From Schmidtea nova (Eukaryota), in the NCBI GenBank assembly GCA_044892505.1, contig CM097882.1, positions 381,424,001 to 381,488,000 on the forward strand: a stretch of DNA of 64,000 nucleotides, written 5' to 3'. The notes beneath the pieces were generated by a model. That model had not been told where the DNA came from. It saw nothing but the letters and a program-made list of their open reading frames with translations, and did no database searches. Position numbers and translations under genes: made by a program. Below are positions 25,401 to 36,580 of the stretch, piece by piece (position 1 is the first letter of the stretch; every line of letters starts with the position of its first letter).

Positions 25401-27220
25401 NNNNNNNNNNNNNNNNNNNNNNNNNNNNNNNNNNNNNNNNNNNNNNNNNNNNNNNNNNNNNNNNNNNNNNNNNNNNNNNNNNNNNNNNNNNNNNNTGATT
25501 ATTTTTACTATTATCATTATTATTAATCATAATCATTAATTCATCCCGACGGGTGAAACGCGGGAAACCCCGCGTTTCATCCGGTACCCTTAGCAAAGCA
25601 AAAACTCTGCAATGTTTGAATGTTTTTTTTATCAACTTCCACGTCGGATCCTTCAATCCGGATTATTTCATATAATTTTGAAAATAATTTGTTTCTTCTC
25701 GTTACACACACACATATATATATGTGTGTGTGTGCTTTAACAGAGATGGCCAAACTTCATGTCACTACGAGCCACATCAAATAATCTCAAAGACAGGAGA
25801 GCCGCGATCACTTTTTCGAACGAATCATAAACAATGATTTTTATCTAAGATTTTTAAACTAAGACCCGATGGTTTTCTTTTTTTATCAATAAATGCTGAA
25901 TCTTTTTCCAAACTACTCTTAAAATTTCTATTTCATTCTTCTTGCTTTTCGAATCCATAATAAAGGATTTTATTTCTATTTACATCAGTTAAGGAGTCTT
26001 TTAACTACAGAAATATCAATTTCAACCAACTTTGACCTTACGTTTTACCTACAGAGAAATTCAACATCTGATTGGCTATCCTACAAAATTGATAATATTG
26101 AAATTATTCATTTATTTTACGGATATGTAATGTCAAATAAGTTTTATCCTCTTTTGAAAATTTAATTAATTTTCAACTGTCGTCACGAATATTGATTTCT
26201 TTATTATTCATATATATATATATATGGAAGTAATCGTTAAATGTATTCGGTTTATTTCAACAATTTTTACTAAATTACCCTTTTTATGTTTCACCGCCAA
26301 AAATACATATCAATAATGAAGCTGACATAGGTTGAAGGATATTTGTGTAGATGGACATTTACTGATGAAATTGTAAGATATAAAGATAACATATGCCATG
26401 TTTTCTGTAAATTCTTAATATACTAATCCCAAAGAATGGACACTAATAATATCATCATTATATTCCGGTTTCCCTTTTGATCTTTTTTTCTTTCAGTAAT
26501 TTTTCTAAGACTAGATCAAAACAATTTTTCTTATTTCGTAAACGATATTTCGGCACAGCCCTTATCAAGTGTGTACATTGATTGAAATTCATAATATTTC
26601 CGTGACACACAAAATTTAAAAAGCAGTGCTATGAAATTAAATGTTTAGTTTACATTTTAATCGACAGTAGAAATATTGAAAAATTTTCGTTAGATTCCTG
26701 AGGCTATATCAAACAGTAAAGATCTCAGAGTGTCAGTTGATAAAAAGCATATTAGTGTCTGTGCTAATATTCAAAACGAGGTTCAATCTGTAATCGATAA
26801 GGATTTAAGCTGGGAAGTCAAGAAGAACGAAGTGTTTTGGTCATATGATCGAAAAGAGAGTAAAATTTTAATATCCGTAGAAAAAGTCCAAGAACGTTGG
26901 TGGGAAGCGCTTTTTATTGGAGAATCTACAATTAATACTCGTAAAATCGACTGCAGTCGCCCAATGTCCGATTTGGATGATGAAGCTCAAGCAAAAATTC
27001 ACAAATTAATGTACGATAATCGCCAGAAACAGTTGGGTTTGCCTACCAGTGATGAGCAGGTTATATCGTTATCTTTTTGTTTTTCTGGTATATTCAGCTT
27101 ATATTGACGATTTAGGGAATGAATAATGCTCTAAAGAAGGCGTGGAATCTCGAAGGCTCTCCTTTCAAAGGAAAAGAATTCGACCTTTCAAATATTGATA
27201 TTGTTGATAAAGGAAATTGA
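22432..27220 (+). CDS. NUDCD3: NudC domain-containing protein 3-like. Exons 22432-22541, 22587-22668, 22712-22760, 22809-22929, 22970-23066, 26694-27059, 27116-27220
   Basis: Phase-consistent GT-AG introns. Motifs FLDVLFGFLRRRTD, MGFFPGKAE, SYNG..GDNYTWSQT, ERWWEALF.GE, LKKAWNLEGSPFKG match the NudC/NudCD3 family. Confidence 0.88.
24440..24590 (+). mobile_element. Unclassified element copy E4 (degenerate 3' region only)
   Basis: GTTCACCTTC and GGTAACTGCGGGGAAAATAT resemble E1 GCTCACCTGC and GGTAACAGCGGGGTGAATAT. Confidence 0.35.
24710..24870. repeat. Degenerate head-to-head palindrome of the Penelope tail with damaged hammerheads (in NudCD3 intron 5)
   Basis: tttaaacaagtacccaatatttcggcaaagccttt followed by aatacacacttgataaagtctgcctaaatattgtgtacttatttaaa. 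Confidence 0.75.
25187..25495. other. Assembly gap (N run)
   Basis: Run of n. Confidence 1.
26542..26574 (-). ncRNA. Hammerhead variant copy (U3:A8, AUC triplet)
   Basis: Reverse strand ACACAC-TTGATAA-G-GGC tgt GCC-GAAA-TAT-C-GT. Confidence 0.5.
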
Positions 27221-27273
27221 TTTTAATAAAATATTTATTTTCCCTTTCTTGATTCTCATTATATATATGTATG

Positions 27274-27305
<32 letters not shown>

Positions 27306-27312
27306 AACAAGT

Positions 27313-27780
27313 ACACAATATTTCGGCACAGCCTTTATCAAGTGTGTATTTCAATCGTTATATTAACTCAATCTTAAATATTATCATTGGATGAAAAAAA
27401 TTTAATTTTCTTTTAACATGATTTTTTTGTGCGAATTGAATGTTGATGGACGGTTTGTATTTTTTGATGTAAAAAGTCTCGGAAGCTAATCTTTGTAATG
27501 AATTTTTGAATCCCTATTGTAGAATCTGGCATTTTGTTTCTTCTATAGATGGAGTTGTTTTATGTACTTTTTCCCAGTGTTCGTAATAATTACTGGTTTT
27601 GTTTTTAGTGTGTTTATTAAGTGTGGTGAGAAAAGTTATATGTGTTTCTCCTATGTAAGTGGCGTGACGCTGCTGGCTGAATTTTTGAGCATTTAAACTA
27701 TTGAAAGTTCTGGCATTATGGAATGTACCAATGTGACAAACTTACCTTTTTTATTAGACTCCCGAATATTAAGTCATCGT
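27313..27780 (-). mobile_element. Penelope-like element 3' remnant: GIY-YIG endonuclease pseudogene plus hammerhead (27313-27347)
   Basis: Translation TYIGETHITFLTTLNKH...SNYYEHW...RLASETFYIKKYKPSINIQ with a stop, followed by an intact U3:A8 hammerhead motif. Confidence 0.85.
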
Positions 27781-27787
27781 ATGTTGT

Positions 27788-28220
27788 TGTTGGGTATTTA
27801 TCAATTAGTCGGTGCTGTTTTTATGACTCATTGGTGTTCTTATAGGATTGATTCAAGAAAACCACAACATAGTAAAATTCATTCGAAAGTATGAAACTTT
27901 ACAACTATTTGAAACAATTTTTGATAAAAAATATGCCTCTACACAATTTCAAAAACTTTTATTCTCACTGCTTTTCCGATTGAGCACAGGGATAAGTCCC
28001 CCAACGGAATATCTCTCTTTCTGGTACCCTAACTACAGCTGATTGTCGACCTCTTGTTTAGCAAATATTTTCTAACATATGTCTTTGACCACTTTGGTGA
28101 ACTTTGGATTTTGCTTCTTTTTTTATACCGTCAGCTTGATGAATTTTTCTTATCTGTTTAGGTTGTCTGGTGGATCCCTCTCAAGACACTTCCTAATCTA
28201 ATTCATAATAAAATTGTTAA
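27788..28220 (-). mobile_element. Gypsy-like LTR plus internal remnant (paralog of 59866-60270)
   Basis: Near-identical tgttgggtatttatcaattagtcggtgctgttt start and gataagtccccca...tctctctttctggtac block in both copies. Confidence 0.55.
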
Positions 28221-28402
28221 TTACCCGTCTATAAATTTGGTTTTTCGGATTTCGTTTCAAATCAATTTTTCCGGGAATAATTAACTGTCTCGCTGATCAT
28301 CCGTTCTTCCCACGCTACTCGGGTTCTCTATTAGCCAATTATTTTTTTTCTTCTGGGGAACCTCATTAATTTTATTTTACCATTTTTAGATTCGTTTCAT
28401 AA

Positions 28403-29560
28403 TTAGGCATGCACCCATACCTATTTCCCCGCTAAATCTACATTTTTCAATCTTTAATAAATTTTCATTGTTTAATTATTAGTTTTTGTGTTTTTTATTT
28501 TTGTATTTGAGCTTATTTTATTTAACCCCAACATTATTTATGAAGTCAAGAATACCCTTGGAACGTCTCCTGTTTTATGGATCATATTTTGTTTAATAAA
28601 ATATCTAAAAAACAGTTTTGTGTATAAAATAAATATTGAAATTAGATATGAAGTAAAATTTACGTTCGCTTTCTTTCGATTACTCCTGCTGGCTTCCCGG
28701 GTGTTGTCTTAGTTGCGACTGGATTAAGGGTCAGTTCCTCCACTAAGCCTGTTCAAATCGAACAGGTTGGTCTGTGATGGGCCGAATGTGGGATTTCAGC
28801 TAGGCTTTAATGAACGACTTGGCCATGGAATGGAGACACTTAAGCAACTCGATCCTCATTGCTTCAATTTCGATCTTGGTTTCCTCCACAGCTCCCTGGG
28901 CGCGTTCGGTACGACTGATCTGGTCCTTCATTTCTACAGGAGCGAACCAATTCTGTCATAAATATTGATTTTGAGCCTCGAACCGGGCAGCCTATGCCTT
29001 CCATTGTCCTATCTCCTTCTCCATACTTTTCCTGATCCGTAGAGCTTTTTCCCGTTCAGCCTGCTGGTTGGAGTGTTTAGTCATACTATAAATACATAAT
29101 TATAAATAATAATAAGACTTGTTTGTTATTTAATTCATTCTATAATCTCTACAAATGGGTCATTTCCCAGTCAAAATTTACACTTTCGAATCTATTAAGG
29201 GGAAATTTTAGTAACTAAAAGAAACTTTTCAACCGAATACTATTTTATTTGAAACAAAACACTTCAATCAAACTTGCCGAATGTGCAGATCCTCACACAG
29301 GAGTTTCTTTCGCAACCCCGAGATGGAGAACTTGGCTAATTTATCTGTCTGGGATTTCTGGTGAGGCCTCTTGGACCATAGTTCAGCAAATTTTGATAAA
29401 GGAAAATGACCCCAGTAGACCACTATCTGTGGTCGGTGTTTTTTATCCTTTATTAGGAGGATCAATCATGCGAATTTGTTAGGGTAGGATTGATCGGTCG
29501 GAATCGGCGAGCCGGGGTCTCCGTGATATAGGATTTTGTCGTTTGATGTCCTCCAGATGG
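28403..29560 (-). mobile_element. Unclassified element copy E5 (ORF remnant 28690-29084 with several stops)
   Basis: MTKHSNQQ...L*QNWFAP...RTERAQG...MRIELLKCLHSMAKSFIKA*LKSHIR aligns with E1 LRTTWFNP...RAERALEE...VRLELNNYLRVSTRKFIK*QLRPLIR. Ends GCGGGGAAATA...ATGGGTGCATGCCTAA|T. Confidence 0.6.
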
Positions 29561-29578
29561 TAATTGGGCATTTTAATT

Positions 29579-30250
29579 AAATACACACTTGATAAAGGCT
29601 GTGCCGAAATATTGTGTTATTGTTTAAAAAACATTTTGATCTATAGTCATCATTATGAGAATTATTGATAATAATAATAATAATTATTATTATTGTTATC
29701 ATAATTATCTTTTTTTACCTTTGATCTTTTTTTATTATTATTATCAAAAATTCTCATAATGACTATAGATCAAAAATTTTTTTTTATAAACAATAACACA
29801 ATATTTCGGCACAGCCTTTATCAAGTGTGTATTTCTATCGTTATATTTACTTAATCCTAAATAGTAGCCTTAATTATTTTTTTAATATTTTATAATGATT
29901 TTATTGGATGAAAAAATTTATTTTAATTTTTTTGTGCGAATTGAATGTTGATGGACGGTTTGTATTTTTTTATGTAAAAAGTCTCGGAAGCTAATCTTTG
30001 TAATGAATTTTTGAATCCCTCTTGTAGAATCTGGCATTTTGTTTCTTCTATAGATGGAGTTTTTTTATGTACTTTCTCCCAGTGTTCGTAATAATTACTG
30101 GTTTTGATTTTAGTGTGTTCATTAAGTCGGATGCGAAAAGTTCTATGTGTTTCTCCTATGTAAGTAGCGTCACATTTTTGACAAGAAAGTTTATATACTA
30201 TATTTTTGGAAAAGCAAAAGCATTGGGTTGTGGAACGGCAAAGACATTTA
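29579..30250 (-). mobile_element. Penelope-like element 3' part: GIY-YIG endonuclease (about 29940-30215), tail with hammerhead (29796-29830, -) and inverted tail copy with hammerhead (29583-29617, +)
   Basis: NIVYKLSCQKCDATYIGETHRTFRIRLNEH...SETFYIKKYKPSINIQ is the PLE GIY-YIG signature (VY..C..C...YIGET.R...R..EH). 29579-29690 and 29735-29834 are inverted repeats. Confidence 0.9.
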
Positions 30251-30361
30251 TTATTGTTATTATTATTATTGTTGTTATAATTATTATATTTATTATTGTT
30301 ATTATATTTATATTATTATATTATTATTGTTATTATATTATTATTGTTATTATATTTATTA

Positions 30362-30427
<66 letters not shown>

Positions 30428-30540
30428 TTATTGGTATTGATATTGGCATTGGTATTGGTATTGGTATTGTTACTGTCATTATTATTATATCGCTATTATT
30501 GTTATCATTATAACTATTACTGTTTAAATTAGCATTGGTA
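30245..30540. repeat. (ATT)n-rich microsatellite truncating the PLE
   Basis: Degenerate ATT/ATTGGT runs; explains the spurious poly-I, poly-Y and poly-L ORFs. Confidence 0.95.
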
Positions 30541-30558
30541 TTATTGTTATTAATTTAA

Positions 30559-30779
30559 CCCTTAGTAGCCTGATTTACGAAAGTGATTTTTGCCGCGCAA
30601 GTAATATGTCATAGATAAAATAAAACAATAATGACATTTGTTTTTTTTTTAATTTCGTTGGAAAGAATATTATACAACAGTAAAATACGAACAGTTAACT
30701 TTAAAAAAAAAACTAATAGTAATGTGAACATTAGGTTTAAAAGATTGGTATCAAAATTGAAACTCTAGGTTATTAAGGG
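30559..30779. mobile_element. piggyBac-type MITE (221 bp)
   Basis: TTAA|CCCTTAGTAGCCT ... AGGTTATTAAGGG|TTAA (11/13 TIR match). Confidence 0.75.
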
Positions 30780-30899
30780 TTAAGTATTAATACAAAATTG
30801 GTAAAATTATTAAATCATAGCGAATTATAAAGTATGATTGCTACCATTATTGTTAAATTATATTATAACTTTTTAAGGGATAAATTTTAAAATTTCACC

Positions 30900-31805
30900 G
30901 AGTAAAACTTAAATATTAAATTTGAGGACGAATTTTCTAATGGGGGGAAATATGTTGAGGATACCTAAATAACAAATAATATTATAAATAATTGGAAAAA
31001 CATGGATAAAATCGATAGATGATTGAAAGGAAAGTGCAAGAAAACAACATTATACTCCTGAATTGGGAAAAAACTGGTATCTTGACAGATGTCAAATATA
31101 ACATGAGAACTGGGAAAACATAGGGAACTGGCAGCGACAAAATGGAAAAAAGTAAATTGTCCCGAGCGCCGAACGGCTATGGGCAATACGGGCGCAAAAA
31201 AGTAAATTGGAAATGCCAGCGGCAGGAATAGGAGAAAACGTTAGAACTGCAAGTACCGGAGAATTGCAAACTATAAAAAGGAAAAGACAACAGTTTTAGA
31301 CAGACATTTTGCCGAGAAGTTTGCTAAGAAGTTTTGGAGAGAAAATTTGTGAAATGTATTGTGGAAAAAATTGTGCAAAAATTAAAAAGAAAGGTTTTGT
31401 AGAGAAGTTTGTGACGAAATTTGCGGAGAAAATTGATCGAAAAAAGTTGATTGTGAAATTGATTATTGAAAAATTATTGGAAGTTGATTATTGAAAAATT
31501 TACTGAAAAGTTTGTAAGCCAAAGCTCAAGTCAAAGCAAAGAAATCAAATAGTTGGTTAACCATTTTTGAATATAAATCAGTAGTTGGTGATCGTTAGAT
31601 AAAAATTATACACGAGTGATATTCCTCAAAATAGTGTTGTGATAATCACTTTATAATTGTTTCAGATTGATTGGTTATATCAGTATACTTGTGAAACCAG
31701 TTGTGATATCAATAAAGATTCCTATTGTAATTGTTATTCGATTGATTAATAAAGCACGCATTTGAAGTCAGAAATTTGATATGTAATTTTTAAACTTCAC
31801 TAACA
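30900..31805 (+). mobile_element. Gypsy 3' end: integrase tail, polypurine tract and LTR (30953-31805)
   Basis: LRTNFLMGGN overlaps GGGGGGAAA-TA-TGTTG. Internal CTATAAAA and AATAAA. Ends cttcacTAACA. Confidence 0.6.
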
Positions 31806-31819
31806 ACCCAATAATTCAA

Positions 31820-32455
31820 CAAAAGGAAAAATCAAATTATCCCGAGTGTCAAACGGATATGGGTAACACAGAAGCTGAAAAAGAAAAAACGGGAAATGCC
31901 AGCGACAGGAAGGGGAAAAGGCGAATTGCCATGAGTGCTCGACGATGGTGAACTATAAAAGCGAAAGTCATCTTAGGTGAATCAGAAGTGAAGTGGTGTT
32001 AAAATTGGATTAGGAAAGTTGAGCGATAACTGAAAAGCGGTAGAAGATTTAAATTGTACAATGTCGTGATATTGTGGAGAACCGAGATCGAGATAATTAT
32101 TGAACGGTGTGACGAAATTTGGATTGATTAAAAGAATCAGAGTATAGTTGATAAAGTCAAGTCAAAGCACAAGGGTAATCGAAAGCAATTTACTCAATTG
32201 TTAAGTCAAATCAACGGTTAGTGATTATTAGAGTATTTGGGTACTATAAACTTGGAGATATTCCTCACGAAGTGTTGTAATAAGCTCCGTATAATTGTGT
32301 ACTTGAGTGTTGAATCGATCGTGTTGTTATAATTCGTGCAATAAACTGTGATATTCAATAAAGGTTTATATTGTCTGAGAATTGTTATTTTGTGGATCAA
32401 ACAAAGTACGCTTTGGAGTCAGGGTTTGATTGGTAATTTTTAAACTTCACCAACA
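31820..32455 (+). mobile_element. Second, diverged, 5'-truncated LTR copy in tandem
   Basis: Shares ggaaatgccagcg.cagga, ctataaaa, aagtcaaagca and taatttttaaacttcac(c/t)aaca with the preceding LTR. Confidence 0.55.
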
Positions 32456-33999
32456 TTCCAATAACCCAAATATTTGACGAGGAAAGGAAATGAGGAATAC
32501 ATTTTTGAAATGAATGTGTATGATGTTAATGTGATAATTTATATTATAGATATAGTCGAAGCTCGTTTATCGGGTCAGATAGAGATTAAGAAGCCCAAAT
32601 TGATGGACACATCGGTGGTGAATGTTTCAATAAGCTACACAATTACATTTTTATAGTCAATTTAATTTTCTAGTGTATTTATCGTATTTTCATATAGTTG
32701 TACGTTGTTTTCCACTTTGTTGAATTTACTCAATAATAAAAGTATTAATGACTGATTTTACGTTATTTTCTTTGAACGAATGTGAATCTCTTCTATTAAA
32801 TTAAGATTCGCGTATTGGTGGGTTGTTGACCGTCAATATGACCTTGACGTTACTATGGCTCACATCAACAACTCAACATATAAAACATCAGTTTAACCAT
32901 CCTGTTGCCCGTCACAATGTAACGTTGGTAATGCAACAAATGGGTGGGTATTCGCAATCAATGAGCGTCGAAAATTCGAAACTATGATTGACCGAAAATC
33001 TCCTGGGTCCAAGGGCTATCGATAGAAGATTTAATGCCCGTTTTGTCCCTTCTTCAACAGTTTATCTATAAATATTCAATAAGATTTTTAACCGGCAAAC
33101 TGTTTCAATCGATTTTCATGCACTGTATCATCTCAAAAACGCAAACATCGTCCAAAATTTTATTTCGGTTATATAATTATACTCAAACCAATTGTTACGA
33201 CTCAAATCGGTATTTATTTATATCATTATTTTAATTTTAATCTAATATAGGGTTAAATTTAGGAACAAAATTCATTTAGGTCTATTTTACGTCTAATTAA
33301 TACGGGTAATTTCGTTAAATTTATGTTAAAATTAAATTAATCAAAAACAAAAATTATATTTCAATTTATCGCCAAGGCTTTGACAATGGCAACGGTTACA
33401 GCTAATATTAAAAAAGGGAAACTTGGGTTTGTTAAACCTTAGGATTTCCGTGTATATAAATGCGAGGAGATGGTAATTTTAATTTTATATTACAAACTTT
33501 GGTTTTGCCCCGTTCCCTTACCCTTCGAAACGGAATATTTCAATTTTTAAATGAAGCTAAAAGGACATTTCAAAATTAAATGATTGCCATTGGAATGTTG
33601 TGTTGTTGAGGAAGATTGAAGAGCCCGACAGAGTCACCAGTAAAACTTGTGTCGGGACTGTTTGGGTGCGTGTTGTGTATATTTATGTATGCGATGCTTG
33701 TAGGAGTATATTTTTATAACAATAACAAATCAAGAACTAACAATAGATAAGTTTACAAAATTTATTATTTTTAAACCGCAAATAAACTATAAAGGTAAAC
33801 GAACACTCACGAAATCCCTAATCTTGCATAAATTTTTCCTAAAAGTTTTCCATCGATGTCTCTTCTGTTTTTAATTTTAGTCAATTTTCTTTTAATTTCT
33901 GTTTATTTTTTGCCTTAGCAATTTTTTATTTTAATTCCAATTTGATATTGAGATTTTAAGAAATTAACATTATACAAAAATAAATTGCATTCACCACAA

Positions 34000-36015
34000 A
34001 CGGGATTGGGGGAATGAATTTATAAATACAATGCCCACAATTGGCAACAAATTATTATGTTTTGGCAGCAAAGCTCACCTTCTCACTAAATTCTCGTTTC
34101 ACCATGTGTATTACCAACATAGCTTAGTAAAGAGTAACTATGGGTAGACGAATAAGGAATTTTTTACATTTCCATGACGGTGCATGGTAGGGTGGCCCTT
34201 AAAAATTAAAGTTTGAAATCATCTTCTGGCTCCCCTTCAATGTATTCCACTTACAGAAATAAAATTATGTACAAAAAATCTTGCGAATTGGACAATATTA
34301 GAGGTGGCTCTCTAGCTTTGAAGTTTTACCAAATCCGTTAAATTTAAATAAAGTTGTGAAACTTGTTTCGCGTGTTGTATAATATGTTGTATTGTAGCTA
34401 TGCATGTATTAACAATAACTTATAAAGTTAGACACCTACTTCTGCAGTCGTTCAATGTTTGGAAGAGTGGGGTGTCGAAAATCAGGTCGCTGCTCTTTGT
34501 TTTGATACGACCGCATCTAATACTGGTCATCGTTCAGGAGCATGTTCTCTGATCGAGCACAAACTAAACAAAGATCTTCTATTCCTGGCCTGTCGTCACC
34601 ACGTTATGGAGCTAATTGTCGTGGCAGTATTTGATAAGACTTCGATTGGCACTTCAACAGGACCAGACTTTCTCATATTCAAGCGGTTCCTCGATCAATG
34701 GTCATTCATAGACCGTGACAGCTTTCAGGTTGCTTCATCAGACCCATCTGTTGAGTTACTAGTTGCTCCATATCGTTCTGATATCCTGATTTTTGAAAGA
34801 ACATATTTGCAAGCTGAACAGCCAAGAGATGACTACAGAGAATTCCTTGAGCTTGCAGTCATATTTCTTGGCGCTGTTCCTGAACGTGGAATTCACTTTC
34901 AAATGCCTGGCGCAACGCATAGGGCACGATGGATGGCAAAAGTCCTCTATTCCATCAAAATGTGGCTTTTTCGCAGTCAGTTCAAGATGACTGCTTCAGA
35001 AGAGCGTGGTATTTGTGATGTCGCCATCTTTTCCGTTATCATCCACCTCAAAGCCTGGATGACTGCACCACTGGCTGTTGAAGCACCTCTGAATGACTTC
35101 AAGCTTATGGGACAACTTCTGAACTAACCTCATGTGGCTATTTCTGCTGCAACCAGCAAGAAGCTTGGTCTACATTTGTGGTATCTATCCGAGGAGCTCA
35201 TTGGTCTGGCTCTGTTTGACTCCAGATTATCGCATGACTCAAAGAGACTGATGATTGCCGCGATGAACGAAGAAGCTCCGGATCATCCATCGAAGCGACC
35301 CAGCATAAAGTCTGATGCATTCCTGGGAAAACATGGTTTGGAGCAGTTCTGTACATCAAACTCCAAGAAACTGTTCTAGATCTGCCCGAAGAACTGGTCG
35401 ACAAGGATCCATCAGACTGGGAACAGGATGAGTCGTACACACGAGCACTGGGCATTGTCAAGAGCTTGGCGGTTTCAGGATTACAACAAGAAATTGACCG
35501 AAAATGAAGATCAACTCCAGTTTCTTCTTTAAATTGTGAATGAACACAGGCGACAATTCCCTGACTGTACCAAACGAATCCTAGCGAATTGTACTAGTAC
35601 TGGTGAACAATTGGACACTGTGAAATAACAGTAATATGGATGAACAGTTGACAGTCTGGCAGAGACATAATTCTTAACATTTGCACTTTGCAGTTTGAGT
35701 TATTTCTGAATAAGTGATATTACATTAAACTGAACTTTTACAAGCTGTTGTGTGTGACTGTGTGTGGAATAAATGTGAACTAAACAAGAAAACTGTGGCA
35801 ATTTAACATTGCAAGCTTCAAATAGTGGTACTTACAAAACTTAAACACTCGAGGGCCACCTCTAAAAAAATTGACCAATCGTAATGATTTTTTGCACAAT
35901 TCATTATTTCTATATTTGGCACAGATTGGATTGGTGCCAGAGTTGAAATTATGACTTCCATTTTTTTGCTATGTGCTAAGGGCCACCCTAGTGCACGGGT
36001 TACAGTAATCCCTAG
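34000..36015 (+). mobile_element. Unclassified element copy E3 (3' region), interrupted by a hAT insertion
   Basis: GCTCACCT, TTACC-AA-CATAG...CTATG-GGTAG hairpin. After removing the hAT it continues GGGTTACAGTAATCCCTAG|T. Confidence 0.55.
34188..35990 (+). mobile_element. Internally deleted hAT (hATm-like) element with transposase C-terminal fragment (about 34440-35590)
   Basis: 14-bp TIR TAGGGTGGCCCTTA/TAAGGGCCACCCTA; 8-bp TSD GTGCATGG/GTGCACGG; CFDTTASNTG and LACRHH motifs; stops and frameshifts; subterminal inverted AGAGGTGGC. Confidence 0.9.
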
Positions 36016-36580
36016 TAATAATAATTTTTAACGACTTATACGCCAAATAACTAATTTTAGTTTTTGCCAAACCATTGTTTGTTTTTCACCATCTACGACT
36101 CTACATAACATAATAATTAATTTGATTTTAAATTGACTACGATAAAGCATAACTTCATTTACAAATGCAATTCAAAAATTAATTTTGTGAAAAAGTACAA
36201 TCTTAGAATTTAGTACATTTTATTGAATAGAAAAAGTTTTGCATATTTCATAATAATAAATTTAGACATTAATTGTATTTGTCACTTTTGCTAAATATTT
36301 AAAAAACAAACATTTAATTAAAAAAATCAATGAATATATGATTTTTTATCTTTTGGTAACCTTGTAATTTAATTACACGACCTTAACTTATAATCTTATA
36401 TTTACTTCATTTATTAAGTGTTAATTTTAAAATTCACTAACAATTTGTTGTTATTAACTTTGTTTAAATATATAGTTCACAACTTTTTCAAGAATTACTT
36501 ATTTTTTTCTTAGTATAAATTAATATAAATTAAATTAATTTTTATTGTGTATTATTAAAAAAAAATCAATTTACGCCAGG

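Noticed and set aside
25149-25656. ORFs spanning N runs (also 9.3 and 10.3 kb)
   Set aside because: They are artefacts of assembly gaps.
30067-30532. Poly-I, poly-Y and poly-L ORFs
   Set aside because: They come from the (ATT)n microsatellite and the antisense strand of the GIY-YIG.
34715-34744. CTGATGA-AG..CT-GAAAG..GTC hammerhead-like string on the minus strand
   Set aside because: Stem II has only 2 bp, stem III is mismatched, and it lies antisense within transposase coding sequence; likely chance.
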